A model generated the notes under the pieces. The model was not told the origin of the DNA, did no database searches, and saw only the letters and a program-made list of their open reading frames with translations. A DNA stretch of 64,000 bases. Source: Bacteroidales bacterium UBA5206. Lineage in GTDB: Bacteria > Bacteroidota > Bacteroidia > Bacteroidales > Tenuifilaceae. The DNA is taken from NCBI GenBank assembly GCA_002412705.1, contig DHVO01000089.1:5636-69635 (forward strand), written 5' to 3'. The position numbers were made by a program, and so were the translations under genes. Positions 39,215 to 49,035 of the stretch are shown here, piece by piece (the first letter of the stretch is position 1; each line of letters starts with the position of its first letter).

Positions 39215-40903
39215 CTAAAAAGCGTAGCTTACTCCAGCCATAATATTGAACCTCTGCATTGGGTAACGGTAGTAGTGTGAATACTTTGATGCCGCTATGT
39301 TATTAATGTCAAGAAATGCACCTAAACGCCTATTGTAGTTGTACTGTAGGCCTATGTTTACATCAACTAAACCGTTTAGCTCTGTGATAGGATTAGCGAT
39401 GTCGGCAGTTTTCGCAAATCGTTTCCCTTCGGCAATGATATCAAAGTTTACAAGTATTTTATCGCGTAGGTTATACCTAACAGATAGCTGTCCCTCTAGT
39501 TCTGGCTTGTGCCAAGGTTTCTCTAGTTCCTTCATCTTGAACGATTGGTACTGTCCCTTAAGAAAGAAACTTAGGCTGCTTGATGCCGCTATGGTTAGCT
39601 CTCCAACAAATCGGGTTTGTGTTACGTTGTCGGTTTCAACATCAAAGCGGTTAAATAGCGGGTTGGTTGGGTCTATAGATGTGTTTACGTAAAAGTACAT
39701 GCTATCGACAATGGAGTAGCTAGCAAAGGCGTTGTATGAAACGTTTGAACTGAAATTTCCCTTTACGCCGCCCACTAGGTTCATTTTATGGTTGGTGTTG
39801 AACACATCGATACCTGGAACAACCCATGGATTCTCATTAAGAATCTTATCGTAGGAGTTCTCTTCTAATCGGCCCGACATCTCTACGTAGGGTATTAGGT
39901 AATGGCTAATAATATCGTACGATAGGTGAGCGATAGGGTAGAAGAAGGTGTTCTTTTGGTAGGAGTTGGCATCGTATAGGTACTGAACTCCAGCTTTAAC
40001 GCGCCATTGTTCGCCAAAAAGACCTATCCAAGGTGAGAATTTGATTATTGTATTGTTGATTGAATCTAGTTTCTCATTCTTGGCAATATGCTTAATGGAT
40101 AGGTCAAGGCCCACTCGCTCTGTTTTAAAAAACTTATCGGCGCTGACGTTAATTCCAATGGTGTTTTGCTGCATGCTAAAGTTGTCGGCAAAGTACCTGA
40201 AGTTGCTGGATACGGCGTAGTTGTAGTGGGTAGAATCGGTATGGGTTGAGTGGTACCCTAACGCCGCATCAAGTTGGTTAAACTTCTGCTTGCTATCCTG
40301 ATTGTTTAAATCGGCAGTTGGGCTTGAGGTATCGTAACCGTAGTAGGTAAATCCCTTGTTGTTATACTCAAGGTCGCCCCATAGAAGCGAGTTGCTAAAT
40401 ATCCTTTTCCCAAACAGGTTGATTGCGGTGCGGCTGTAATCGGCATCGCTTTTAACTCCGTTATCTAGCTTTATTTTACCAAAGGATGATTTGTGCTTTA
40501 GCCAGCCACCAAACACGTTATTGTTGCTTCTAAGCTGGTTTACGTATAGCTCAGCCAGTGGCGATGTGTATGTACCAATTCCTAGTCGTACGTATCCCAT
40601 GCGAAGCTTACTTTGCGGCTCGGCAACCATTCTGGCAGGGGTAATGGGATCTACCCGTAACCCTGGAATCATAGGTCTTGACGCTAGGGTATAGGTGAAC
40701 TTGGGTACTATTTTTAGCGTGTCCTGCACCCTTGGCATTTGGTTTAGCTTAAAAGCATCGGATATAGTTGGTTCGTAAGGTCTTACAACCTGAACCTGCT
40801 TTGTGAGCTTGTCGTCCTGAGCCGATGAGGCAAAGGTGCCTAAAACAAAGGCCGTTGCTAAAATGCTTTGTAGTATGTGTGCTGTAGATAATTTCAATTG
40901 CAT
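39215..40903 (-). CDS. Outer-membrane beta-barrel protein (putative porin family)
   Basis: 562 aa with a signal peptide ending SSAQ. It has an alternating aromatic/hydrophobic strand pattern throughout and a C-terminal AGVSYAF with terminal Phe. Confidence 0.6.
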   Translation of the reverse strand: MQLKLSTAHILQSILATAFVLGTFASSAQDDKLTKQVQVVRPYEPTISDAFKLNQMPRVQDTLKIVPKFTYTLASRPMIPGLRVDPITPARMVAEPQSKLRMGYVRLGIGTYTSPLAELYVNQLRSNNNVFGGWLKHKSSFGKIKLDNGVKSDADYSRTAINLFGKRIFSNSLLWGDLEYNNKGFTYYGYDTSSPTADLNNQDSKQKFNQLDAALGYHSTHTDSTHYNYAVSSNFRYFADNFSMQQNTIGINVSADKFFKTERVGLDLSIKHIAKNEKLDSINNTIIKFSPWIGLFGEQWRVKAGVQYLYDANSYQKNTFFYPIAHLSYDIISHYLIPYVEMSGRLEENSYDKILNENPWVVPGIDVFNTNHKMNLVGGVKGNFSSNVSYNAFASYSIVDSMYFYVNTSIDPTNPLFNRFDVETDNVTQTRFVGELTIAASSSLSFFLKGQYQSFKMKELEKPWHKPELEGQLSVRYNLRDKILVNFDIIAEGKRFAKTADIANPITELNGLVDVNIGLQYNYNRRLGAFLDINNIAASKYSHYYRYPMQRFNIMAGVSYAF

Positions 40904-40929
40904 GGCTTAATGGATTTGTAACCCGTAGC

Positions 40930-43900
40930 TTATTCTTTAAACTTAATTTCGATGGTATCGGACTTTGACGCTGCTTGCTTATCCTTTTCGGTTTTAACTA
41001 GCTCGTTTAGCTTGTTTGTTGCTTCGTCTATAATTCCATCTGTTGTGTTGCTATACCCATCTAAAACGCTTTGTAGCGTTGCTTTTGCTTGGAAAAAGTC
41101 ATCCTTGTCGGCATAGATATCGGCAAGGATTATAAAGCTTTTTGCCAGCCAGTATTGGTGAGGCGTGTTTACCTCAGCAAAGCTGAATACTTCGGCCTCG
41201 GCCTTATCTAATTTCCCTTGCTGGCGAAGTATGCTTGCCATTAGGTATCTCGACTCTGCTCCTTCAAGCGTTTTGGGTGCTCTGGCAACAGTTGCAAACT
41301 GGTCGAAAGCTTCGGATATTTGACCTAATGCAATGTGCGATTTGGCCATCTTGAATCGGGCTTCGCGCTCCTGCTCCTCGGCAAGTTTATCGGAGCTTAG
41401 AACTTTTGCAGCCGCTAAAATAACATCGTTGTGGCGCTCAAGTGCAAATGCAGCCCTTAGCTTACCAATGCGCGCTTCTAGAAGGTTGTTTTTTATTTCG
41501 GCTAAGCCCTCAAGTAAATCGTAGGTTTCATATGCCTCTGCAAACTTGTTTTGCGAAAGGTAAATTCTTGATGCGCTAAGCAGTGCCTGCTCTGTGAAAT
41601 CATTCTTAGGCTTTTGAATCACGTAAATAAGGTTCTCTAGCGCTTTGTCGTTTTGCCCTTCGCGCAGCTGGCAATCGGCAAGGTAGAATGATGCGTTAAG
41701 TGTAAAGTTTCCTTTGGGGTACTCTGCAAGGTAACTTGTAAAGCCAGTTGACGATTTGCTGCAGTTCCCTTCCATGTATAGCTTTTCTGCGGCAATATAG
41801 GTTAGCGAGTCCTTCTCGGCAATGCTGATATTGGCAAAGCTACCCAGCTGCCCAGCATAGCTGAAGTAGGAGTTAACATCGCCCTTATCAACATAAATAT
41901 TTCTAATGCCTGTTAGTGCGTTTTTAGCCTCCGATGTTCCAGGGTACTGCTCAACAACCCTTTTGTATAGTCCCATGGCAGAGTCGGATAGCTCATTATT
42001 GTAGGCCAGTAGCCCAAGTTGAACTAGCGATTTTACGTGGTAGCTGCTGCTTGAGTAATCGTGTACAATTTGGCTGTAGTACTTGGCCGCCTCTTGGGGC
42101 TGATTTAGTATGATATTGCTTTCGGCAATCTCAAAAAGCGCATCGTCAAGGTAGCTGGACTCAGGGTACTTTTCGAGCAGAGCGATAAGCGTTTCAATTT
42201 TCTTTTGAGGGCGCTCAACCAAGCCGAATGAGAATGCCTTTTGGAACATGGCATAATCACCATCGAGGGTGTTAACGGTTATAGCCTTGTCGTAGTAGTC
42301 TATAGCCACCCAGTAACGGCGCTGGATAAAGTAGCTGTCGCCCGTCCTGTTGTGCGCATCGCCAAGCATTGGTGTGGCTTCCTTGGCGCTTATGTCGGCG
42401 TACTTACGGAACCACACAATGGCATCGTCGTACTTTTTCTGCTTAAAGTTGGCATAGCCTAAGTTGTAGTGGGCTATTTTGTACTCTGGTAGCTCAAAGG
42501 AGCCTGCGGTGAGGATAAACTCATTGTAATCCTTAGCAGCAGCCTCAAAGTTACCCATGCGGTAGTTGGCTTCTGCTTTCCAGTATAGCGCCTGCGCCAT
42601 AAGGATTCTATTGTACTCAGGGAACTTTAGTGAGAGGTCAAACTTCTCAATAGCCTCTTGGTAGCTAAGGTTCTGGAATAGCTCAATTCCCCTAAAGAAC
42701 GCTACTCGCTGGTAGGCGCCACGGGTGTTGGCATCCTTATTCCTAATCTTTTCTAAGGATATTAATGCATCCTTGTAATTCTTAGTGTTTGAGTAGGCTA
42801 GAACAAGGTAATTGTAGGCCTCGTCGGTTCTAGGGCTATCCGGATATTGCTCTATGTACTCCCTAAAGGCATCAATGGCCTCGTTAAAGGGGGAGTAGAA
42901 CATCTCGTAGGTGATTTTGGCGAAGTTAAATAGCGCATCCTCCTTAATAACAGGGTCGAAAGTGCTTTTTGAGGCCATGCCAAAAGCCTGACGCGCCTTG
43001 TTCTTGTCGTTTTGCTTAAGGTAGCAATCGGCTAGGTGATAGTAGGCGTTTTGGCTAAGGCTATCGTCCTCGGTTGAAACCCTTTCTAGGTTCTGAGCAG
43101 CTTTCTCAAAATCGGAGTTCCTATAGTATGTAAAACCAATTATGTAGTAGTCTGACCGGGAAATCGATTGTGATTTCTCTGTGTACTTCTCAAAGTAGCT
43201 TGCAGCCTCGGCATATTTTCTAAGGTGAAAGTAGGATTCTCCTATTAGCCTAGCAATTTCAGGCGCTCTTTTGGGTGATGCCGATTCCAGTAGCTCTGGT
43301 GCATACTCTACAACCTTTTGGTAGTTCTGCTGTAGGTAGTGAATGTGGGTTATGTAGTATGGGACTAATGGAGCAAACGTTTCGTCATCGCTTAGCTTGG
43401 TAAAACCTTTGAGCGCAGTGGCAAAGTTCTTCTGCTCGTAGGCAATGTGCGAGTAGTAGTATGTTGCTGGCGATGCGTACTTGTTATCGGTATCCTTAAT
43501 CTCAAAGAATAGCCTGCTGGCATCTTCCTTTTGGCCTAGGTTAAAGTAGCTGTAACCCAGCTTAAAGCTTAGCTCTGGCCTCAAATCCTTATGAATACCG
43601 TTCTTGTTAGTTCGTTTGAACCAGTAAACCGCCTTTTTATAGTCGCGTTCCATGTATCGTAGCTTACCCATTTGGAAGTAGGCTAGGTCAATCTTTTGGC
43701 TCTCGGGATACTTTGCAATGAACTGGCCAATAAGATATTCGGCATCATTGTTAGTGAGCTCAATGGCGCACATGGCAAAGTAGAACTCGGCATCGGCCTT
43801 TTGTTGGCTAACATCGGAGCCGAAATCGGCAACAGCCTTTTGAAACAGCTTTTGGGCTACTCCAAACTTTCCTTTTTCGTATAGGTTGAGCCCCTCTTTG

Positions 43901-44004
43901 TAGTTTTTATCTGCATTGGTGTAAATGCTGGATTCTTGAGCAAAGGCAGTGCCCATAAAAAGGCTCAGAACGATTAATGTGTTGGTTACTTTTTTTCGAA
44001 GCAT
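40930..44004 (-). CDS. Large secreted tetratricopeptide-repeat protein (~1024 aa)
   Basis: The ORF runs to 44040, but the ATG at 44004 gives signal peptide MLRKKVTNTLIVLSLFMGTAFAQE. TPR/YbgF-like repeats run through the whole length. The gene lies 26 nt upstream of the barrel gene. Confidence 0.8.
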   Translation of the reverse strand: MLRKKVTNTLIVLSLFMGTAFAQESSIYTNADKNYKEGLNLYEKGKFGVAQKLFQKAVADFGSDVSQQKADAEFYFAMCAIELTNNDAEYLIGQFIAKYPESQKIDLAYFQMGKLRYMERDYKKAVYWFKRTNKNGIHKDLRPELSFKLGYSYFNLGQKEDASRLFFEIKDTDNKYASPATYYYSHIAYEQKNFATALKGFTKLSDDETFAPLVPYYITHIHYLQQNYQKVVEYAPELLESASPKRAPEIARLIGESYFHLRKYAEAASYFEKYTEKSQSISRSDYYIIGFTYYRNSDFEKAAQNLERVSTEDDSLSQNAYYHLADCYLKQNDKNKARQAFGMASKSTFDPVIKEDALFNFAKITYEMFYSPFNEAIDAFREYIEQYPDSPRTDEAYNYLVLAYSNTKNYKDALISLEKIRNKDANTRGAYQRVAFFRGIELFQNLSYQEAIEKFDLSLKFPEYNRILMAQALYWKAEANYRMGNFEAAAKDYNEFILTAGSFELPEYKIAHYNLGYANFKQKKYDDAIVWFRKYADISAKEATPMLGDAHNRTGDSYFIQRRYWVAIDYYDKAITVNTLDGDYAMFQKAFSFGLVERPQKKIETLIALLEKYPESSYLDDALFEIAESNIILNQPQEAAKYYSQIVHDYSSSSYHVKSLVQLGLLAYNNELSDSAMGLYKRVVEQYPGTSEAKNALTGIRNIYVDKGDVNSYFSYAGQLGSFANISIAEKDSLTYIAAEKLYMEGNCSKSSTGFTSYLAEYPKGNFTLNASFYLADCQLREGQNDKALENLIYVIQKPKNDFTEQALLSASRIYLSQNKFAEAYETYDLLEGLAEIKNNLLEARIGKLRAAFALERHNDVILAAAKVLSSDKLAEEQEREARFKMAKSHIALGQISEAFDQFATVARAPKTLEGAESRYLMASILRQQGKLDKAEAEVFSFAEVNTPHQYWLAKSFIILADIYADKDDFFQAKATLQSVLDGYSNTTDGIIDEATNKLNELVKTEKDKQAASKSDTIEIKFKE

Positions 44005-44247
44005 ACTGCGGGTTTTCAGTAAAATCGGATAAAAATACAAAATTAATGGACGAAGGTAATAGCCTATTAGCTCTTTTTCTGATTATTTACATGTAGGCTT
44101 TTATACTCAAAATAATGGTACAGAAATCCCTATTTGTTAATTCAAAGATACCTTTTGATTTCAAGAAACGCTTTGTATGCCGATAAATTGTAAACTGAAC
44201 TTCTATTTACATTAGAAATCAAAAAAAAGTAACGTATATTTATAGGT

Positions 44248-44264
44248 GCACACATTATGTGTGC
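44248..44264. promoter_or_regulatory. 17-bp perfect palindrome upstream of the pirin gene (operator candidate)
   Basis: gcacacat t atgtgtgc, with 8-bp arms and a 1-nt spacer. It ends 35 nt upstream of the ATG at 44300. Confidence 0.3.
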
Positions 44265-44299
44265 GGCGATTTAAGCGTATAACACATTAAATATTAGAA

Positions 44300-45145
44300 A
44301 TGATATCATTAATTCAACAATTCAAATCCCAGTTTGCCATGGAGGGAGCAGGGGTAAAACTTAAAAGGGTTTTCGCATTCACAAATACTTCAGATACCGA
44401 TCCGTTTTTGCTTCTCGATCACTTTGGTTCCGATAACCCTGATGATTACCTCGCAGGTTTTCCATGGCATCCGCACAGGGGGATTGAGACGGTTACCTAC
44501 ATGCTAAAGGGAAAGGTGGAGCATGCCGATAGTTTAAAAAACGAAGGGACTATTGGTGCTGGCGATGTGCAGTGGATGACTGCGGGTAGCGGCATTGTGC
44601 ATCAGGAAATGCCCAAGCCTGTTGATGGGCACATGGAGGGAATACAGCTTTGGCTAAACCTACCTGCATCGCATAAGATGATGCAACCCCGGTACCGTGA
44701 GATTAAGGCGGCATCAATACCCAAGGTTACTGGCACAGGCTCTACTGTTGCTGTAATTAGCGGTGAGTATAACGGGGTTAAGGGAAGCGCAGAGGAACTG
44801 GTTTTTCCTGTTGAATACTATCACGTTAGTTTGAATGCCGATGCAGTGGTTCAAGTTCCTGTAAAACAGTACAGCAAGATTATTGTGTATGTACTTGAGG
44901 GAAACTTAAACATACATGGCTTAAAAGATGCGTTAAGTGGCGGTAATGCTTATGTTTTGAGCGCAGATGAAACAATGGCATTTAGTGCTGGAAACGATTC
45001 TGCTCAATTCATGGTAATGCTATCAAGTCCACTTAATGAGCCCATAGCATGGCGTGGCCCCATTGTAATGAATACCCAAAAGGAGCTTAATGATGCCTTT
45101 GAGGAGCTGTACCAAGGGACTTTTTTAAAGGATAAGCCAGTGTAA
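44300..45145 (+). CDS. Pirin family protein
   Basis: 281 aa with a bicupin layout and the metal-binding motif FPWHPHRGIETVTYML...H.E. Confidence 0.85.
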   Translation: MISLIQQFKSQFAMEGAGVKLKRVFAFTNTSDTDPFLLLDHFGSDNPDDYLAGFPWHPHRGIETVTYMLKGKVEHADSLKNEGTIGAGDVQWMTAGSGIVHQEMPKPVDGHMEGIQLWLNLPASHKMMQPRYREIKAASIPKVTGTGSTVAVISGEYNGVKGSAEELVFPVEYYHVSLNADAVVQVPVKQYSKIIVYVLEGNLNIHGLKDALSGGNAYVLSADETMAFSAGNDSAQFMVMLSSPLNEPIAWRGPIVMNTQKELNDAFEELYQGTFLKDKPV

Positions 45146-45250
45146 TATTTACAATATTGAAGCGTTATTTAAAGGCCTATTCCCTTATTGGAAATGGGCC
45201 TTTATAATGATATGTGGAAGAGTATAATTTAGTATAGTTTATAGTAGCAT

Positions 45251-45628
45251 ATGAAGGGGGATAGATTCTCTATATTAAAACGGCTTCACAGCTTTACGTA
45301 TGCCTTTAACGGTTTACGAATTCTTTTTAAGGAGGAGCACAACGCTCGGATTCATTTAGTTGCAGCTATTTGCGCAATAGCTTTAGCAGGTGTGTTGAAT
45401 GTCTCTGCTTTAGAGTGGGTTGCTATAACTATAGCTATAGGACTTGTAATTTCTCTTGAGGCGATGAACTCGGCAATTGAAAACTTGTCCGATTTTGTTT
45501 CTCCCAATAGGAATGACAATATTAAACGAGTAAAGGATATATCTGCAGCAGGTGTTCTTATTGCTTCCATTGCTGCTTTGGCAACAGGTTTGCTAATTTT
45601 TATTCCCAAAATCATAGAGTTATGCTAA
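45251..45628 (+). CDS. dgkA: Diacylglycerol/undecaprenol kinase family membrane protein
   Basis: 125 aa with three TM segments. Motifs EEHNARIH and SLEAMNSAIE match the DgkA family. Confidence 0.8.
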   Translation: MKGDRFSILKRLHSFTYAFNGLRILFKEEHNARIHLVAAICAIALAGVLNVSALEWVAITIAIGLVISLEAMNSAIENLSDFVSPNRNDNIKRVKDISAAGVLIASIAALATGLLIFIPKIIELC

Positions 45629-46284
45629 AGACTTTACGAGAATCTTCGCGTTTGAATGAGACCCTTTTCATGGCGGCATTATCCCTGTTCTGCTTTGGTG
45701 TTTCAATTTTTCGGTATGTATATTCCGATACCAAGGTGTTTCTGTTTCTTAATTGGAACCTTTTTCTTGCCTTTATCCCCTGGGCGTTATCAAGTGTAGT
45801 GGTAATTAAACCTTCGTTAAAGAAATCGCGAGGTGTATTGTTCTTGTTGCTTGCAGCATGGTTGCTCTTCTTTCCTAATGCGCCTTATATTCTAACTGAT
45901 TTGTTTCACCTTAGGCTGCGCTCTTCCATGCCTATTTGGTTTGACCTTATATTGATTCTCTCGTTTGCATGGACAGGTCTCCTTTTTGGATTCTTAAGTT
46001 TATTAGATATTGAACGAGTTTTACGCGATTTTGTAAAGCCAGTATATATCCCATTTATTTCTATTTTGCTTTTGTTTACAGGAAGTTTTGGCATTTACGT
46101 TGGGCGATTTCTTAGGTGGAATAGTTGGGATATCGTAGCTGAGCCTTTTAAACTATTCTATGATATTGGAGATAGATTTGTAAACCCATTTAACCACCCA
46201 AGAACATGGGGGATGACAATCTTTATGGGTATTTTCTTAAGCATAGTTTACTTTTCGTTTAGAATGGTAAAAAGGCGCAATTAG
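45622..46284 (+). CDS. DUF1361-like integral membrane protein
   Basis: 220 aa, overlapping the dgkA stop (ATGCTAA). It contains NLFLAFIPW and FFPNAPYILTDLFHL motifs. Confidence 0.65.
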   Translation: MLKTLRESSRLNETLFMAALSLFCFGVSIFRYVYSDTKVFLFLNWNLFLAFIPWALSSVVVIKPSLKKSRGVLFLLLAAWLLFFPNAPYILTDLFHLRLRSSMPIWFDLILILSFAWTGLLFGFLSLLDIERVLRDFVKPVYIPFISILLLFTGSFGIYVGRFLRWNSWDIVAEPFKLFYDIGDRFVNPFNHPRTWGMTIFMGIFLSIVYFSFRMVKRRN

Positions 46285-46299
46285 GATTTTTTAAAATAT

Positions 46300-46349
46300 A
46301 AAACCGTTACGCATAAAGAGAATTACTTCCTTTAACGTAACGGTTTTTT
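46300..46349. terminator. Hairpin terminator between convergent genes (long interrupted loop)
   Basis: 12-bp arms aaaaccgttacg / cgtaacggtttt, with an inner taaag/cttta pairing. A T-tract lies on the plus side and an A-tract on the other. Confidence 0.5.
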
Positions 46350-46381
46350 ACTTGTTAATACTTTTCTTGTGTGGCCGTTTT

Positions 46382-48598
46382 TTACACCCTCACCCTCTTC
46401 AATCTCAAACTATTGGATACTACCGATACTGAGCTTAGCGCCATTGCTGCTCCTGCAATCATGGGGTCAAACTGGTAACCAATTATAGGGTAGAGTATTC
46501 CTGCCGCAACGGGAATGCCAATAACATTATAAATAAACGCCCAGAAAAGGTTCTGCTTAACCGTACGCATGGTGCGCTGCGACAGCTTTATGGCTTTTGG
46601 CACTAGCGCTAAATCGGAGTTCATGATGGTAATTTTGGCTATATCCATAGCAAGGTCGGAGCCTTTACCCATGGCCATGCTAACATCGGCACGGGCAAGC
46701 GCTTGCGAGTCGTTAACTCCATCACCAATCATGGCAACTGTGTGCCCATCGGCTTTTAGCCTTTGTACTATGGAGTCCTTATCGTTTGGCAGTAGCTGTG
46801 CGTAGTACTGCTCAATACCTACTTTTTTGGCAACGGCTTTGGCTGTTTCTGTATTATCGCCGGTGAGCATAATGGGTGTTATGCCCATTGCCTTAAGCTG
46901 AGTAATTGCTTGTTGCGTGGTTTCCTTTACCTTATCGGATATGGCAATAACGGCTACAACGGTTTGGTTTGCTGCACAAAGTACTACCGTTTTTCCCTCT
47001 TTTTCCCAATTTGATATGTTGCTTTGGTAAGGAGTTGTGCTTATGCCATTATCCTCCATAAGGCTGGGGTTGCCAATGTAGTACTGTTGGTTGTTAATTG
47101 CTGCCGATGCTCCTTTCCCGTGAATGGATTGAAAGTTGGTTACATCAACGCTCTCTCCGTTTTTAAGGTTGATATGCTCCACAATGGCCGCAGCAAGTGG
47201 GTGCTCCGAGCGTGATTCTATAGCATGTATAGCCGCTTCGTGTAACGATTTGTTGCTATCGGCATCGGTCCAAAGAATGGTATCAACCTGAGGTTTGCCC
47301 TCGGTTAGTGTTCCCGTTTTATCAAAAATAATAGTGTCAACCTTATGCGCTAGCTCAAGGCTTTGGGCATCCTTAATTAGAATTCCTAGTTCGGCTCCGC
47401 GCCCAACGCCAACCATAATGGCAGTGGGAGTGGCAAGACCCAGTGCGCAGGGACATGCAATAGCTAGTACGGTAACCATGGCTAGAAGCCCATGAATAAA
47501 GCCCTGTTCGCCGCCAAGGACAAGCCATATTATAAACGTTAGTGCCGATATTACCATTACTGCTGGTACAAATATACCAGCAACCTTATCGGCCAGTTTT
47601 TGTACGGGGGCTTTGCTATTCTGTGCATCCTCAACCATTTTTATGATACGGCTAAGTACCGTTTCGCTGCCAATTTGTAGCGCTTTAATTGTAAGGCTAC
47701 CCTTTTGGTTAGATGTTCCTGCAAAAACCTTTGAACTGGCGCCTTTGGCAACAGGTATGGGTTCTCCGGTGATTGTGCTCTCATCAACGTAGCTCTCGCC
47801 GTTTGTAACAACACCATCAACAGGAATCCTAGCGCCAGGCTTAACCAGCACAAGGTCGTCGGCTTTAAGTTCAGATATTGGCACATCCACAAAATCGCCA
47901 TTAACAATTTTGGTTACCGTTGATGGCTGAAGCCCCATGAGCTTGCGAATGGACGATGCGGTTTTGCTCTTGGCACGCTCCTCGAGCCATTTCCCCAGTA
48001 GGATAAAGGATATTATTACGGTTGCCGATTCAAAGTAAACGTGTGGGTGCAACCCTCTGCTAATCCAGAATTCAGGGAAAAAGGTGTTGAATGCGCTGAA
48101 AATAAAGGCTATTGAGGTGCTTAAGGCCACAAGGGTATCCATGTTGGCCATAAGGTGCCGTGCCTGTTTTACTGCATTAACAAAGAATCCGCGGCCAAAC
48201 CAGAATACAACAGGCGCTGCTAAAACCATAGATATCCAAGGTGAGAGATGCCAGTGCATAAAGCCCATTCCAAGTACAACTACAGGAACCGATAGCAGCG
48301 CTGAGTATATTGTGCGTAGCTTATACTGTTTTTCGGTGCGTTCGCGTGCCTCGCTAGCCTCCTTGTTCGGATCGTCGGATTCAATAATTAGGTCGTAGCC
48401 AATGGAGCGGATAACCTCTTGTAGCTTTTGTGGTGTAGCCGCTTGTGGGTCATACTGAGCCCAAGCCGTTTGGTTTGCAAAATTTACACCAGCATCGGTA
48501 ACGCCTCCAACCGATTTTAGCATGGTTTCTACGCTCATTGCGCAACCAGCACATGACATGCCTGTTACGGGAAATATGGATTTGATTGTGTTGCTCAT
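46382..48598 (-). CDS. copA: Copper-translocating P1B-type ATPase
   Basis: The ORF runs to 48673, but the ATG at 48598 starts right before the HMA domain (GMSCAGCA). It carries the CPC transmembrane motif, DKTGTLT, GDGVNDS and TGES-like TGEP. Confidence 0.9.
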   Translation of the reverse strand: MSNTIKSIFPVTGMSCAGCAMSVETMLKSVGGVTDAGVNFANQTAWAQYDPQAATPQKLQEVIRSIGYDLIIESDDPNKEASEARERTEKQYKLRTIYSALLSVPVVVLGMGFMHWHLSPWISMVLAAPVVFWFGRGFFVNAVKQARHLMANMDTLVALSTSIAFIFSAFNTFFPEFWISRGLHPHVYFESATVIISFILLGKWLEERAKSKTASSIRKLMGLQPSTVTKIVNGDFVDVPISELKADDLVLVKPGARIPVDGVVTNGESYVDESTITGEPIPVAKGASSKVFAGTSNQKGSLTIKALQIGSETVLSRIIKMVEDAQNSKAPVQKLADKVAGIFVPAVMVISALTFIIWLVLGGEQGFIHGLLAMVTVLAIACPCALGLATPTAIMVGVGRGAELGILIKDAQSLELAHKVDTIIFDKTGTLTEGKPQVDTILWTDADSNKSLHEAAIHAIESRSEHPLAAAIVEHINLKNGESVDVTNFQSIHGKGASAAINNQQYYIGNPSLMEDNGISTTPYQSNISNWEKEGKTVVLCAANQTVVAVIAISDKVKETTQQAITQLKAMGITPIMLTGDNTETAKAVAKKVGIEQYYAQLLPNDKDSIVQRLKADGHTVAMIGDGVNDSQALARADVSMAMGKGSDLAMDIAKITIMNSDLALVPKAIKLSQRTMRTVKQNLFWAFIYNVIGIPVAAGILYPIIGYQFDPMIAGAAMALSSVSVVSNSLRLKRVRV

Positions 48599-48738
48599 TG
48601 CTTTATATTTCTGGTTTTGATTCGTAGGATGTGGTTTTACAAAAGTATAAAACTTGCTATGCCAATGTGGCATTATGGGTTTAAAAAGTAAAAGCAGGGG
48701 AGCAGCCCTGCTTTTGGAGAGAAAAATGGACTATGTAT

Positions 48739-49023
48739 TTATAGTTCCTCTGTTTCAACAATTTTTGCAAGTATTTCAGCGTAAGGCATCAATAGGTACT
48801 TATTGCCATCTAGCTCAACCTTGGTTCCTGCATACTGTCTAAAAAGCACTGTGTCTCCAATGGCAATGTCTGCATTATCTATATTTCCAACAGAGATTAC
48901 CGTTGCTAAACTGGGTTCCTCCTTTACTGTATCGGGAATTATTAAACCCGATGTAGTAGTTTTTTCTTTACCACTAGTAACAGATAATACCACATGTTGG
49001 TTCAATGGAACTAGTTCTTTCAT
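48739..49023 (-). CDS. Divergent GroES/Cpn10-like co-chaperonin with no adjacent groEL
   Basis: 94 aa with Cpn10-like layout: LVPLNQHVVL, KEKTTTSGLIIPDT, a mobile-loop-like segment, VISVG and GDTVLFRQYAGTKVELDGNKYLLM. Confidence 0.7.
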   Translation of the reverse strand: MKELVPLNQHVVLSVTSGKEKTTTSGLIIPDTVKEEPSLATVISVGNIDNADIAIGDTVLFRQYAGTKVELDGNKYLLMPYAEILAKIVETEEL

Positions 49024-49035
49024 AATCGTTATGTG

